In this document: positions 1 through 10,020 of the stretch, one piece after another
Position numbering within the stretch: position 1 is the first letter of the stretch
How the letters are laid out: every line of letters starts with the position of its first letter
DNA from: Spirochaetia bacterium
GTDB lineage: Bacteria > Spirochaetota > Spirochaetia > SZUA-6 > Bin103
Length of the DNA: 64,000 nucleotides
NCBI GenBank assembly: GCA_965203515.1
Contig: OZ241907.1
Span: forward strand, 1,184,001 to 1,248,000
Reading direction: 5' to 3'
Made by a program: the position numbers and the translations under genes
The notes under the pieces: model-generated
Told to the model about the DNA's origin: nothing
The model's input: only the letters and a program-made list of their open reading frames with translations
The model's database searches: none

Positions 1-1157
1 AGTGGTGGCAGCTCGAAATGGCCGAAGGCTCGTTCGATGGGATCATGGCCGACTTCGAAGCAGCCAATCCCGGCATGGAGGTCTCGGCCATCAACCTGCC
101 CTATCCGCAGGTCCAGGACCAGATCAACGTGGGGGCCGCCGGCGGCACGCTGCCGGACGTGATCGGCATCGACCCGCCGCGCATCAAGACGTTCATCGAC
201 CGCAACGTCGTGGAGCCGCTCGACGAGTGCATCGCGCGCGAGGGGATCGACATCGACGACATGGCGGGCGCCAAGCGGATCGACGGCAGCTACTGGATGC
301 TGCCGGTCGTGTCGTTCATCTATCCGCTGTACTACAACGTCGACCTGCTGGAAGCGGCCGGGTTCAGCGAGCCGCCCAGGGACCAGGACGAGTTCATGGC
401 CTACGCCCGCGCGCTGACCGATCCGGACAAGAACCGGTACGGCTGGGCGCTTCCGCTCAGCCTGCAACTGCCCAACGGGGTCTCCAACGACACCTTCCCG
501 TGGCTCTGGACCGGAGGCGACACGGTGATGATGGACGGCAGGCCGAATCTGGATTCCCCGGAGATGGTGGCGGCGCTCACCTTCGTCAACGAGATGTATC
601 AGCAGGGGCTGGTCACCCCGGGGACGCTGACCAAGATGGAGACCGAAAAGGTCGAGGAGTTCGCCACCGGGCGAGCGGCGATGGTGATCACCCCGACGGC
701 CCACATCAACCTGCTGCGGCAGCGCAATCCCGACCTGAACTTCGACATCACCCCGGTGCCCGGACCGGCCGGCTATGACGGGCCGCCGGCGTCGCGGGTC
801 GTCGGCTGGGCGATCGGCATCTCCAAGAACAGCCAGAACAAGGAGGCCGCATGCAAGCTGGTCGCGCACATGGTCGACCAGCAGACCAACGGCGAGGTTT
901 CGTCGGCGGCCAACGCCTTCCCCGGCAATCTCAAGGCGGAGCCGGACTTCATCAAGGGCGACCCGATCTACACCAAGGCGTTCGAGATCTTCACCCAGGC
1001 GCAACTGCGGTCCGAGCTCGTAGGCCTTCCCAATACGACCGAGCTGGAACGCGCGTTTGCCGAACAGATGCACAGCATGTTCGCGGGCAAGCAGTCGCCG
1101 GCCGACACCGCAGCCGCCGCGCAAAGCGCGTGGGAAGAGATCATAGCGGAGGGATAG
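1..1157 (+). CDS. Sugar ABC transporter substrate-binding protein (SBP family 1), 5' end outside the window
   Basis: ORF 18..1157. The frame is open back to the window edge (WWQLEM...) and has no signal peptide, so it is truncated. Motifs LPDV, LYYNVDLL, FATGRAAM; followed by two permeases. Confidence 0.9.
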   Translation, partial: WWQLEMAEGSFDGIMADFEAANPGMEVSAINLPYPQVQDQINVGAAGGTLPDVIGIDPPRIKTFIDRNVVEPLDECIAREGIDIDDMAGAKRIDGSYWMLPVVSFIYPLYYNVDLLEAAGFSEPPRDQDEFMAYARALTDPDKNRYGWALPLSLQLPNGVSNDTFPWLWTGGDTVMMDGRPNLDSPEMVAALTFVNEMYQQGLVTPGTLTKMETEKVEEFATGRAAMVITPTAHINLLRQRNPDLNFDITPVPGPAGYDGPPASRVVGWAIGISKNSQNKEAACKLVAHMVDQQTNGEVSSAANAFPGNLKAEPDFIKGDPIYTKAFEIFTQAQLRSELVGLPNTTELERAFAEQMHSMFAGKQSPADTAAAAQSAWEEIIAEG

Positions 1158-1206
1158 CGGCCATCGGCTCGATGACGCCTTCGCCGCCGACCCGCGCGGC
1201 CGAGCG

Positions 1207-2100
1207 ATGAGGGGCGTTCGGCCGCGGCTGGGGCAAAGCCTGGCGCCGTATCTGTTCGTCGGGCCGGCGATGGTGCTGATCGGGGCGCTGATGGTGTACC
1301 CGATCGGCACCGTCCTGTACTACAGCATGCTGGAGAACGCCGTCATCGAGCCGGACAGCGGCTGGGTCGGCCTCCGTCACTTTCGGGACCTCTTTGCCGA
1401 AGACCGCGTGTTTCGCGGCGCGATCGGCACCACGATGGTGTTCACCGTCGCCAGCGTCGCGCTGCACGTGTTCTTCGGCCTGCTGCTGGCGCTGACCCTC
1501 AACGCCCACGTCAATCCGCGGGTCCGCTCGGTGTTCCGCACCCTGCTGATCCTGCCGTGGATATTCACCGCCACGATCGTGGCGGTGAACTGGCGGCTGA
1601 TCCTCAACCCGCTCGGCATCGTCAATTTCTTCCTGCGCTCGATCGGGGTCATCGAGCATCACCTGGAATGGTTCGGCCATCCGGGCCGCGCGCTGCCCGC
1701 GCTGATCCTGGTCAACCTGTGGGCGGGGTATCCGTTCGTCATGGTGAGTCTGCTGGCCGGCCTGCAGGGGATTCCGCAGGTGTTGTACGAAGCGGCGACG
1801 GTCGACGGCGCCAACCGGCGGCAGCGGTTTCTGCTGATTACCCTGCCGCAGCTCGCCCCCGTGTTGTTGAGCATCTCCCTGCTCGACTTCATCTGGACGT
1901 TTCGCCTGTTCCCCCTGATCTGGTTGACGACCGGCGGCGGCCCCGGACGTGCCACCGAGACGCTGTCCGTGTACGCCTACAAGCTGGCGTTCAGCCGCTT
2001 CGAATACAGTCAGGCGTCGTCGGTGGCGGTCATCATCCTGCTCGTGACGCTCGGCGTATCGTGGTTCTACGTGCGGCGGCAGCGGATCGTGGCCAACTGA
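1207..2100 (+). CDS. Carbohydrate ABC transporter permease (MalF-like)
   Basis: Multiple TM segments; EAA loop LYEAATVDGA; TGGGPG motif. Confidence 0.93.
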   Translation: MRGVRPRLGQSLAPYLFVGPAMVLIGALMVYPIGTVLYYSMLENAVIEPDSGWVGLRHFRDLFAEDRVFRGAIGTTMVFTVASVALHVFFGLLLALTLNAHVNPRVRSVFRTLLILPWIFTATIVAVNWRLILNPLGIVNFFLRSIGVIEHHLEWFGHPGRALPALILVNLWAGYPFVMVSLLAGLQGIPQVLYEAATVDGANRRQRFLLITLPQLAPVLLSISLLDFIWTFRLFPLIWLTTGGGPGRATETLSVYAYKLAFSRFEYSQASSVAVIILLVTLGVSWFYVRRQRIVAN

Positions 2101-2927
2101 TGGTGCGGCCGGCGCGGCGGCTCCCGGTATATTGCGGCCTGGCGCTCGCCACGCTGCTGGCCGCGTTTCCGATCGTCTGGATGGCGCTGATGTCGATCCG
2201 CCCCAACTCGGAGATCTTCGCGGCCCCGCCGACGATCCTGCCGCGCAAGATCATCTTCGACTCCTATCTCACGATCCTCACCACCCCGGAACACCTGCGC
2301 TTCTTCCTCAACAGCTATCTGGTGGCGGCGGTGGTGACGCTGGCGTCGATCGTCATCGCCGTGCTGGCCGGCTACGGATTCTCCCGCTTCCAGTTCAAGG
2401 GCAAGAAGGTCCTCAACCTGTTCGTCATCATGACGCAGACCATCCCGCCGATCACGCTGCTCATCCCCTTCTTCGGTCTGGTCGTGGCGTTCGGGTTGTA
2501 CGACACCTACACCGCGCTGGTCCTGAGCTACCTGACGCTGACCCTGCCGTACGCCATCCTGATGATGACGGCGTACTTCAACACGGTCTCCACGGAGATG
2601 GACGAAGCGGTCCTGACAGACGGCGGCAGCCGCTTCTACGCGCTGTGGCGGGTGATCCTGCCCTTGTCGGTCCCCGGCATCATCGCGGTCGGCGTCTACA
2701 CCTTTCTCCTGTCGTGGAACGAGTTCCTGTTCGCCCTGACCCTCACCAAGCGGACCAGCCTGCGCACCATCCCGGTCGGGATCGCCCTGTTCATGGGCCA
2801 GCACGCGTACGAATGGAACACGATGATGGCCATGTCGATCCTCGGCACCGGGCCGATTCTGGTGCTCTACATGCTGGCGCAGCGGTTCTTTCTGTCCGGG
2901 CTCACCGCCGGGGCGTCCAAGGGGTGA
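2100..2927 (+). CDS. Carbohydrate ABC transporter permease (MalG-like)
   Basis: ATG 2100 overlaps the upstream TGA (TGATG); MDEAVLTDGG loop; SWNEFLFAL motif. Confidence 0.92.
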   Translation: MVRPARRLPVYCGLALATLLAAFPIVWMALMSIRPNSEIFAAPPTILPRKIIFDSYLTILTTPEHLRFFLNSYLVAAVVTLASIVIAVLAGYGFSRFQFKGKKVLNLFVIMTQTIPPITLLIPFFGLVVAFGLYDTYTALVLSYLTLTLPYAILMMTAYFNTVSTEMDEAVLTDGGSRFYALWRVILPLSVPGIIAVGVYTFLLSWNEFLFALTLTKRTSLRTIPVGIALFMGQHAYEWNTMMAMSILGTGPILVLYMLAQRFFLSGLTAGASKG

Positions 2928-4060
2928 GCGCGCCGGCACTGCCCCGCGTGCTGATCGCCGGCAACATCTGCGTCGACCTGTTTCCCGGATTCACCTCCGG
3001 GCAGCTCGCTTCCGGCCGGTTCCTGCTGCCCGGCGCCTCCCGCCGCATCGGGCCGGCGACGGTCTCGATCGGCGGCTGCGTCGCCAACAGCGGGATCGCG
3101 CTCGACCGGCTCGGCATTCCTGCCACCTTCGTGTTCGCCGTGGCGGACGACCGGTTCGGAGCGATCGTGGAGGATCATCTGCGCCGCCATACCGGACCGC
3201 GCGCGCGGCTGGCGGCGCGCCGGTTCACCGGCGCCGGCACCTCCTACACGCTGATCCTGAGCGCGCCCGACCACGACCGTACGCTGCTCTACTACCCGGG
3301 CGTGAACGACCTGTGCGACGCTGACTTCGTCGCCGGAGCCGAGCTGGCCGGGCACGACCTCCTCCACTTCGGGTACCCGGCCGCCATGCGGCGCATGTGC
3401 CAGGATCACGCCGAACCGTTGCGCGGCGTACTGCAGGCCGCCCGCGACCGCGGCATGCTGACGACCCTCGACGCCTGCACGCTCGACGACCGCGAAACGC
3501 GGCGCGTCGACTGGATCGAGCTCTACCGCCGCGTGCTGCCGCTGGTCGACGTCTTCATGCCCAGTCTCGGCGACCTGGTGGTGGTGCTGGAGGACCTCGC
3601 CGGCGATGCCATGGCGATCCGCGACTTCGACCGGAGTTCCCCGCACGCTCGCGGTGAACTGGTTCGCGCCCTGGGCAGCCGGCTGCTCGATCTTGGCGCG
3701 GCGGTCGCGGTCATCAAGCTCGGCTCCCACGGACTCTATCTGCGCGCGGGCGACTCGATGCGAGCATCGTCGGGGCGGCTGCGGCTCGACGCGGCGGCCT
3801 GGGCGGGGTTCGAACGGTACCGCCCCTGTTTCCGGGCGAAGGTCGTCGGTACCACCGGCGCCGGAGACAGCACCGTGTCGGGGTTCATCGCGGCGTTGTG
3901 CCGGGGGCTGGGACCGGAGCCGGCGATGACCGCCGCGCTGGCCGCCGGCGCCTGCTCGACCGAAGGGGTCGACGCCACCGGCGCCGTCCCGTCGTGGCCT
4001 TCGATCGAGCGGCGGCTCATCGCCGGCTGGCCGTCTCATCCGCCCACCGTCGCCGTCTGA
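2924..4060 (+). CDS. PfkB/ribokinase-family carbohydrate kinase
   Basis: GTG 2924 in a GTGA overlap; IAGNICVD, GGCVANSG, IKLGSHG, and C-terminal GTTGAGD signature. Confidence 0.88.
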   Translation: MSAPALPRVLIAGNICVDLFPGFTSGQLASGRFLLPGASRRIGPATVSIGGCVANSGIALDRLGIPATFVFAVADDRFGAIVEDHLRRHTGPRARLAARRFTGAGTSYTLILSAPDHDRTLLYYPGVNDLCDADFVAGAELAGHDLLHFGYPAAMRRMCQDHAEPLRGVLQAARDRGMLTTLDACTLDDRETRRVDWIELYRRVLPLVDVFMPSLGDLVVVLEDLAGDAMAIRDFDRSSPHARGELVRALGSRLLDLGAAVAVIKLGSHGLYLRAGDSMRASSGRLRLDAAAWAGFERYRPCFRAKVVGTTGAGDSTVSGFIAALCRGLGPEPAMTAALAAGACSTEGVDATGAVPSWPSIERRLIAGWPSHPPTVAV

Positions 4061-4163
4061 AGCCGGGCGAGACCGACTCCCGCCGCGAGCGGACAGCGCG
4101 AGCGAATACCGGCTATCATGGCCCCACCCCACATCAGCACGCCCGCATGAGGTTGGATGGCAT

Positions 4164-4964
4164 ATGGTCGATCGAAGCAATCTGCGCGTTGCCCGCCTGT
4201 TTGGCGAAGACGGAAGGTCGTTGACCGTGGCGATGGATCACGCCCGAGCGTTCGATACCATCACCGCACTGGCCGACGTGGAGTCGGTGGTGAGCACCGT
4301 GCTGGCCGCCGGCGCCGACGCGGTGCTGTTGCCGCCGGGGGCGCTGGCCAAGGCGGGCGCCGCCGCCGCCGCCGCCGGGGTCTGGATGAGCGTCGACAGC
4401 ACCCCGCAGACCGCCGCGCAGCTCGTGGAACTGGCGTTGCGGCTCGGCGCGGACGGCATCAAGTGCGAGTGCTATCCCTGGGTCGACCGCGATCGCTACC
4501 CGCAGTACAGCGCTGCCGAGTCGCTCTGGTGGGGTATGAACCTGAACGCGGTGAGCCTGGCCAACGAGTGCCGCAAGTGGGGGCTGCCGCTGATCGCCGA
4601 GGCGGTGCCGGGCGGTTGGGATGACGAAACGCAACGGTCACCGGAGCGGCTGGCCGCCGCCTGCCGCGTGGTCAGCGAATGCGGGCCCGACTTCGTCAAG
4701 GCGTTCTACACCGGCGACCGGGAGAGCTTCCGTCGGCTGGTCGACAACTGCCTAGTGCCGGTGGTCGTTCTGGGCGGCGCCCGGAAGGGCTCGGAGCTCG
4801 AGGTGCTGCGGATGGTGCGCGACGCCATCGACGCCGGCGCCGCCGGTATCATGATGGGGCGAAACATCTGGGATCACGAGAACGTCGCAGGGATGACCGC
4901 GGCGTTGGCCGCCATCGTCCACGACGACGCCGCCGCCGACACCGCGATGCGCCTGATCCGCTAG
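4164..4964 (+). CDS. Class I aldolase, DhnA/LsrF family
   Basis: VAMDH N-terminal motif, Schiff-base Lys in DFVKAFY, PVVVLGG, GIMMGRNIW. Confidence 0.87.
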   Translation: MVDRSNLRVARLFGEDGRSLTVAMDHARAFDTITALADVESVVSTVLAAGADAVLLPPGALAKAGAAAAAAGVWMSVDSTPQTAAQLVELALRLGADGIKCECYPWVDRDRYPQYSAAESLWWGMNLNAVSLANECRKWGLPLIAEAVPGGWDDETQRSPERLAAACRVVSECGPDFVKAFYTGDRESFRRLVDNCLVPVVVLGGARKGSELEVLRMVRDAIDAGAAGIMMGRNIWDHENVAGMTAALAAIVHDDAAADTAMRLIR

Positions 4965-5026
4965 CGTCGATCGCGGGCGCCGCAGAGCACCCGTCACGAT
5001 CGGCGGCTCGCGCGCAGCGCCGGGCG

Positions 5027-5815
5027 TCACGGCGCCGCATTCGCCAGGAACCGGTCGATCACGGCCGCCAGGTCGACCGGCGCATCGAGGTCCGCCTGAT
5101 GCCCGGCGCCCTCGATCACCTGCAGCGCCGCGTCCGGAAGAGCGCGGCTCCAAAGCTCGCGGTAGCCGGCCGGAAGCACGCGGTCCGCGCCCCCGAACAC
5201 CAGCAGCGTCGGCCGCTCGACGCGGTGCAGCCGGCGCGCCAGGCGCGTGTCGCCGACCGGCCAGAGCAGCCGCGCCGCCGCCTCCTGGGCGCGCGCCTGC
5301 ACGACCGCCCACTCGACCGGGTCGCCCGACTCCGGCGCCTCGACGTGGGCATCCCAGGCCGCCGGGTCGCTGCACAGCAACGCTCCCAGATCGCCCGGTC
5401 CCTGAGCGAAGATGTCGGCCGTCGGATCGGCGGCATCGAACAACCCGAGCGGCGACACCAGCACGAGCCGCCGTACCGACGCCGGCCACAGCGCCGCCAC
5501 GTCGGCCGCCAGCGCCGCGCCCACCGACACGCCGATCAGGTCCGCTCCTTCGGCGCCCGCGGCGCCCAGCAGGTCGCGGGCGGCCAGCAGCCAGTCCAGG
5601 TGGTCGTCGAGCCGGCCGATCGCCTCCGATCCCGGGAACCCGGGCAGGCTGGGAGCGATCACGCGCCGCGTGCGCGCCAGCCGGTCCAGGAACCGGGTTC
5701 GGCGCGGCAGCCCCCCTATCCCGGCCAGGAATGCGATCGGCTCGCCGTCGCCCTGCTCCCACACCCGGCAGGAGACGCCGGCGACCCGCACCGTCCGCCC
5801 CCGCGGTTCGATCAC
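5027..5815 (-). CDS. Alpha/beta-fold hydrolase
   Basis: GTG 5815 overlaps the LLM stop; nucleophile elbow GVSVG, PSLPGF, GADRVLP, GAGH. Confidence 0.85.
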   Translation of the reverse strand: MIEPRGRTVRVAGVSCRVWEQGDGEPIAFLAGIGGLPRRTRFLDRLARTRRVIAPSLPGFPGSEAIGRLDDHLDWLLAARDLLGAAGAEGADLIGVSVGAALAADVAALWPASVRRLVLVSPLGLFDAADPTADIFAQGPGDLGALLCSDPAAWDAHVEAPESGDPVEWAVVQARAQEAAARLLWPVGDTRLARRLHRVERPTLLVFGGADRVLPAGYRELWSRALPDAALQVIEGAGHQADLDAPVDLAAVIDRFLANAAP

Positions 5816-7050
5816 GAGCCGTTCGCCGGCGCCTCGCGCCCCGGCGCCCGGCGCGCCGCCGCCGGCCACCAGTGATCCTCCCACCGGTCGGTGAACAGAT
5901 CGCGTATCTGCGGCAGTACCCGCTCGGCGAACAGCCGCGTGTTGGCGCCGGTCAGGCCGCGGTCCATGTTGCCGAAGTGCAGCAGCAACATGAGCTGACC
6001 GACGTTGAGGTCGACGGCGATGTCCCGCAGCCGGTCGGCCACCTCATCCGGCGTGCCCACGATCAGGTAGCCGCGCTCCAGGATCTGGTCGAAAGAGGGC
6101 GCGGTGGTGAACTGCGCCACCGGGTTGCCCAGGTTGGCTTGACGGGCGCGGAAGCGGACCGACGCCTCGGTCGCGTAACCGGGCGGCACCGCGAAGCGCG
6201 GGTTGGTGTGCAGGCAGTTGGTATAGAAGTACTCGGCCGGCTCGCGGTAGAGCTGCAGCGCCTCACGCCTGCTCTCGGCCACGCCGACCAGTTGCAGGTA
6301 GCCGGCCTGGAACGGATTCGGCTCCCGTCCCTGGCGCTGAAGCTCGGCCCGATAGCCCTTGAGCACGCCGCGCGCGGCGTGGTATCCGAAATAGGACAAC
6401 GCCGCATACACGTAGCCGTGCTCGCCGCACATGCGCCACGTCTCCGGCGCTCCGCCGCCGGGTATCCAGATCGGCGGGCGCGGCCTCTGGATCGGCCGCG
6501 GCCAGACGTTGACGTAGCGGTGCTGATGGAAGCGGCCCGCGAACGCGAACGGCTCCGGCTCCTGCCACGCGCGCACCAGCAACTCGCACGCCTCCAGGTA
6601 CCGGTCCCGCAGCGTGCCGGGGTTGCGGCCGTACGCGTAGCAGGTGTCCATGGGCGTGCCGAGCGGCAGCCCGGCGATCAACCGCCCGCCGGAGATGCAG
6701 TCGAGCATCGCCATCTCCTCGGCCACGCGGAGCGGCGGATCGTAGAGCGCCGGCGCGTTGCCCATCACGCAGACCGCGCCGCGGGTCGTGTTGCGGGCCA
6801 GGACCGCCGCCATCAGGTTGGGCGATGGCATCATCCCGTAGCCGTTGGCGTGGTGCTCATTGACGCAGACGCCGTCGAAGCCGAGCGCGGCCGCCTCCTC
6901 CAGCTCGTCGAGATACTCGCGATACATGGCGCCGCCGCGCACCGGATCGAACAGCCGCGAATCGATATCGACCCAGATCGAGGGGTGCGCTTCGCGAAAG
7001 TCCGCGGGAAGCTCCGCATACGGCATCAGGTGGAAGAACAGGACGTTCAT
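5812..7050 (-). CDS. LLM-class (luciferase-like) flavin-dependent oxidoreductase
   Basis: GFDGVCVNEHH, PLRVAEEMAMLDCISGGRL, PRPIQRPRPPIW, GTPDEV. Confidence 0.92.
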   Translation of the reverse strand: MNVLFFHLMPYAELPADFREAHPSIWVDIDSRLFDPVRGGAMYREYLDELEEAAALGFDGVCVNEHHANGYGMMPSPNLMAAVLARNTTRGAVCVMGNAPALYDPPLRVAEEMAMLDCISGGRLIAGLPLGTPMDTCYAYGRNPGTLRDRYLEACELLVRAWQEPEPFAFAGRFHQHRYVNVWPRPIQRPRPPIWIPGGGAPETWRMCGEHGYVYAALSYFGYHAARGVLKGYRAELQRQGREPNPFQAGYLQLVGVAESRREALQLYREPAEYFYTNCLHTNPRFAVPPGYATEASVRFRARQANLGNPVAQFTTAPSFDQILERGYLIVGTPDEVADRLRDIAVDLNVGQLMLLLHFGNMDRGLTGANTRLFAERVLPQIRDLFTDRWEDHWWPAAARRAPGREAPANGS

Positions 7051-7068
7051 CGGCGTGCGGCGGGCCGA

Positions 7069-8958
7069 TCAGCGGCCGGCGACCGTGACCAGCGCCTCGG
7101 CGATCGGGCCGTGCGGCTGGCCGTCGACGGCGATCCGCGCGGTCACCAGCCGGCGGATGCCGTCGCCGGCGTCCGGGGCGGCCGCCTGCAGCCGCACCTC
7201 TCCCCGCTCGCCGGCGCGGAGGCGAACCGATGCCGCAGCGCCGGCTCGCCAGCCGGGCGGCGGCTCGATCTCTGCGGTATAGGCAGCGTCGCGTTCCAGG
7301 TTGTTGCGCAGCAGGAGCCGGTACTCGACCGTCCCGCCCGGTCCGGTGGTGGTCAGGTACGGGAGCAGCCGCGCCCAGAAGAGGTCGACGTAGTGATCGG
7401 CCGGCTCGGCCACCAGGTTGCGGAACACCCGTTCCTTGCGGGCGATGAAGTCCGCGTACTCGTCGAGTTGCTGCTTCGAGCAGTCGATCACGTCGCGGTG
7501 GCCGGGGCAGATCAGCTCCGGGTCGACGCGGCGCATCACCTCCGCGCAGCGCCGGTGCATGCCGAGCTGGAAGCTGTTGCGCAGGACCGTGGTCTGATAC
7601 GGCTTGCCGATCGCCGCGCCGGCGCGCAACGCGTCGGCCACGAAGAAGTTGTCGCCGGTGAAGGCGACCCGGCGGCCGTCGATCAGACCGGCGTACACGG
7701 AATGGAACTCGGTCTGGCCGGGGGCGTGGTAGATGTCGAACCGGTACTCCTCCCACTCGAAGCGCTCGCCGTCGCGCAGATGGCGGTCGATGCGGATCGG
7801 TCGCGGGTACGTGCACGGCGTGCTGGCCCAGGCGGCCGGGTCTTCGAGCACCTGCGCCACCTCCTGCAGCGCCCAGCAGCGGGTGCCGTGATGGCGCTGC
7901 AGATACGGGATGCCGCAGGTGTGGTCGTCATGGATGTGCGTCGGCACGACCAGATCGAACGCGGTCACCCCGTAGTCGTCGCGCAGCTCCTCCAGGTGGT
8001 GAGCGACGAAGCGCATCGACTCCAGGCCGTGGTGCTCGGCGCCGGTGTGCATGTGCGCGGCCAGCGAGTGGCCGTAGTCGACGAACATCGCCTTGCCGGA
8101 GTCGCTCAGGATCACGTAGAAGTTGCTGCAGGTCCACGGCCCGCCCCACAACAGGTGGCGGGACAGCGGCTGCAACCGGGCGTCCGGCAGGAAGTGGGCC
8201 GGCGGCAGGTCCGAACCCGACGCCGATCCCGCCACGCGCATGCCGTTGCCCAACGCCACGCAGTCGGCCAGCCGCCGCCGCAGGCGCGCGACGTCGCCGG
8301 CCACGTCCGTGATCGCCGTGCCATGGGACGGATAGGCGGTCCGCACGTCCAGACGCGCCAGCGCGTCGATCGATTCGATCGTGAACGCGATCCCCTCCAT
8401 CCCGCCGTAGGCGTACTCCATGGCGTGGAGTTGGTAGAGCGTGCCGCCGGCGTTCATCAGGTCGCCCGTGAACGCCACCCGCTGGCCGTCGATGGCGGCG
8501 ATCAGCATCGACGCCCCGCGCGTGTGGCCCTTGGCCGGCACGATCTCGAACCGGTAGCCGCGCCACGTGAAGGTCTCGTAGTCCTGCAGAGCGGCGTCCA
8601 CGGCGATGTCGCGCGCCGCCGTGAAGAAGGTATTGCGATCGTCATAATTATCATACACTCGCCGCGTCCGCCAGAAGAGCTCGGCGTCCTCGAACAGGTG
8701 GCGCTCGTGTTCCGGCGCCGCCACCCTGGCGCCGGCGGCAGCCAGCGCCGGCGTGCCCGCGCACTGATCCCGGTGGTGGTGGGTGTGCAGCACCCACTCG
8801 ACGGCCGACGCTCCCGTGTCGGCCAACGCTTCGACAACCGCGCCGGAGCCGGAGTCGATCAGCAGCGCCTTACCGTCGTCTACGACGATATAGGCGTTAC
8901 ATATGTCAGAAAAACAATACAGATGCTCGCTCAGCCGCGTCAGACGGGAGTCTCCCAT
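7069..8958 (-). CDS. Tandem double metallo-beta-lactamase-fold hydrolase with C-terminal beta-rich extension
   Basis: Two MBL motif sets: HTHHHRD/GHT/FTGD/PSHG and THIHDDH/GQT/FTGD/PGH. Start 8958 chosen because TACGAT lies 7 nt upstream. Confidence 0.85.
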   Translation of the reverse strand: MGDSRLTRLSEHLYCFSDICNAYIVVDDGKALLIDSGSGAVVEALADTGASAVEWVLHTHHHRDQCAGTPALAAAGARVAAPEHERHLFEDAELFWRTRRVYDNYDDRNTFFTAARDIAVDAALQDYETFTWRGYRFEIVPAKGHTRGASMLIAAIDGQRVAFTGDLMNAGGTLYQLHAMEYAYGGMEGIAFTIESIDALARLDVRTAYPSHGTAITDVAGDVARLRRRLADCVALGNGMRVAGSASGSDLPPAHFLPDARLQPLSRHLLWGGPWTCSNFYVILSDSGKAMFVDYGHSLAAHMHTGAEHHGLESMRFVAHHLEELRDDYGVTAFDLVVPTHIHDDHTCGIPYLQRHHGTRCWALQEVAQVLEDPAAWASTPCTYPRPIRIDRHLRDGERFEWEEYRFDIYHAPGQTEFHSVYAGLIDGRRVAFTGDNFFVADALRAGAAIGKPYQTTVLRNSFQLGMHRRCAEVMRRVDPELICPGHRDVIDCSKQQLDEYADFIARKERVFRNLVAEPADHYVDLFWARLLPYLTTTGPGGTVEYRLLLRNNLERDAAYTAEIEPPPGWRAGAAASVRLRAGERGEVRLQAAAPDAGDGIRRLVTARIAVDGQPHGPIAEALVTVAGR

Positions 8959-9051
8959 GCCGCGCATCGTAGTGCGGGCGCCGGCGACCGGCAAACCACG
9001 CCGATCAGTGCCACGAGAACGGCGGGGTGACCGATCTCCTCGGGCGCGTCG

Positions 9052-9273
9052 TCAGGTCCCGTCGCCGCCTGCCGCGGCCGGGCCGTTGGATTGGCTCTTG
9101 AGCTGCCGGTACTCCTGCTCGCCGATCCCGGTCGCCCGCTCGATCAGCGACCAGTCGACGCCGGTCCGCAGGAAGCCGTCGATCGTCTCCAACCGCCCCT
9201 CGCGGTACCGCTGTTCGGCAACCGCGCGCATCTCCTCGCGCCCTTCCTGGCGCAGCCGCTCGCCGCTCGTCAT
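9052..9273 (-). CDS. Putative nested in-frame small protein RpnS (73 aa, candidate antitoxin)
   Basis: Minus-strand GCAGGAGGCGAGTTGATG: AGGAGG (9286-9281) lies 7 nt before an in-frame ATG at 9273, giving MTSGERLRQEGREE... Confidence 0.65.
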   Translation of the reverse strand: MTSGERLRQEGREEMRAVAEQRYREGRLETIDGFLRTGVDWSLIERATGIGEQEYRQLKSQSNGPAAAGGDGT

Positions 9274-10020
9274 CAACTCGCCTCCTGCCGCCGTGCGGCT
9301 CAATATCTCGCCCATCTCCTCGGGCGTGTCCTCGGGTCCCGTCTCCAGGATATACCGCATGAACATCTTCATGTCGTCCTGCCCGTCGCTCCCTTCCCGC
9401 TCCAAGTCGCCCAGCAGCGGCCGCATCCGCTGTCGCGCCTCCCGCACCGCGCGGTTGAACGCGTGCATCATCGTCAGTTGCAGCAACCGCGCCCGGACGC
9501 TGCCGGCCGCCTGCGCCGGCGACACCTGCGTCTGGTCGAACAGCAGGTGCTCGAACCGGGGCAACCATGGCCAGTCCCGCGTTGCGGCGGGGAACAGGTC
9601 GGCGAACTGCGGTGACGGCCGCCAGCCGGTGGGACCCTGGTAGAAGACCAGGGGCAGGATCGGGCGCAGGGAGCGCGCCTCCTTGCGGGCCTGGCGGTCG
9701 CGCTCCCAGATGCGGCAACAGTAGCCGAGCAGGCGGAGGCGCAGCCAGAAATCCGGCGTGGACTGGTGCTCGAACAGCAGGTAGAGCCAGAGCGAGGCGA
9801 GGTCGTCGCCGGGTTCGGCATAGCGGATCTCGAACAGCAGGTCGGAAGCGGCGCCGCGGAGGTCCGGGGTGACGAAGGAGGCGGGGTGGCGCTTGAGGGT
9901 GGGCCAGTCCAGCGAGCGGCGGAGCCGCGGGGGCAGCCGGGCTTGCAGGAATGACGCGGCTTCCGCCGGTGCGCCGAACACGCGCTTGAACAGGTGGTCG
10001 TGGGGCTGGTGGATCGCCAT
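9052..10020 (-). CDS. Rpn-family (YhgA-like, PD-(D/E)XK) recombination-promoting nuclease / putative transposase
   Basis: PHDHLFKRVF N-terminus, SFV...SDLLF, YLLFEHQS, PLVFYQG, and C-terminal MT-x-x-ERL-RQEGREE tail. Confidence 0.92.
   Translation of the reverse strand: MAIHQPHDHLFKRVFGAPAEAASFLQARLPPRLRRSLDWPTLKRHPASFVTPDLRGAASDLLFEIRYAEPGDDLASLWLYLLFEHQSTPDFWLRLRLLGYCCRIWERDRQARKEARSLRPILPLVFYQGPTGWRPSPQFADLFPAATRDWPWLPRFEHLLFDQTQVSPAQAAGSVRARLLQLTMMHAFNRAVREARQRMRPLLGDLEREGSDGQDDMKMFMRYILETGPEDTPEEMGEILSRTAAGGELMTSGERLRQEGREEMRAVAEQRYREGRLETIDGFLRTGVDWSLIERATGIGEQEYRQLKSQSNGPAAAGGDGT

Noticed and set aside
5731..9030. 1099-aa + strand ORF and many other long shadow ORFs (e.g. 32250..34667, 34556..36895, 49653..52673)
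   Set aside because: They are antisense or alternate-frame to genes with clear motifs, are Arg/Pro/Ala-rich, and are expected at this GC content.
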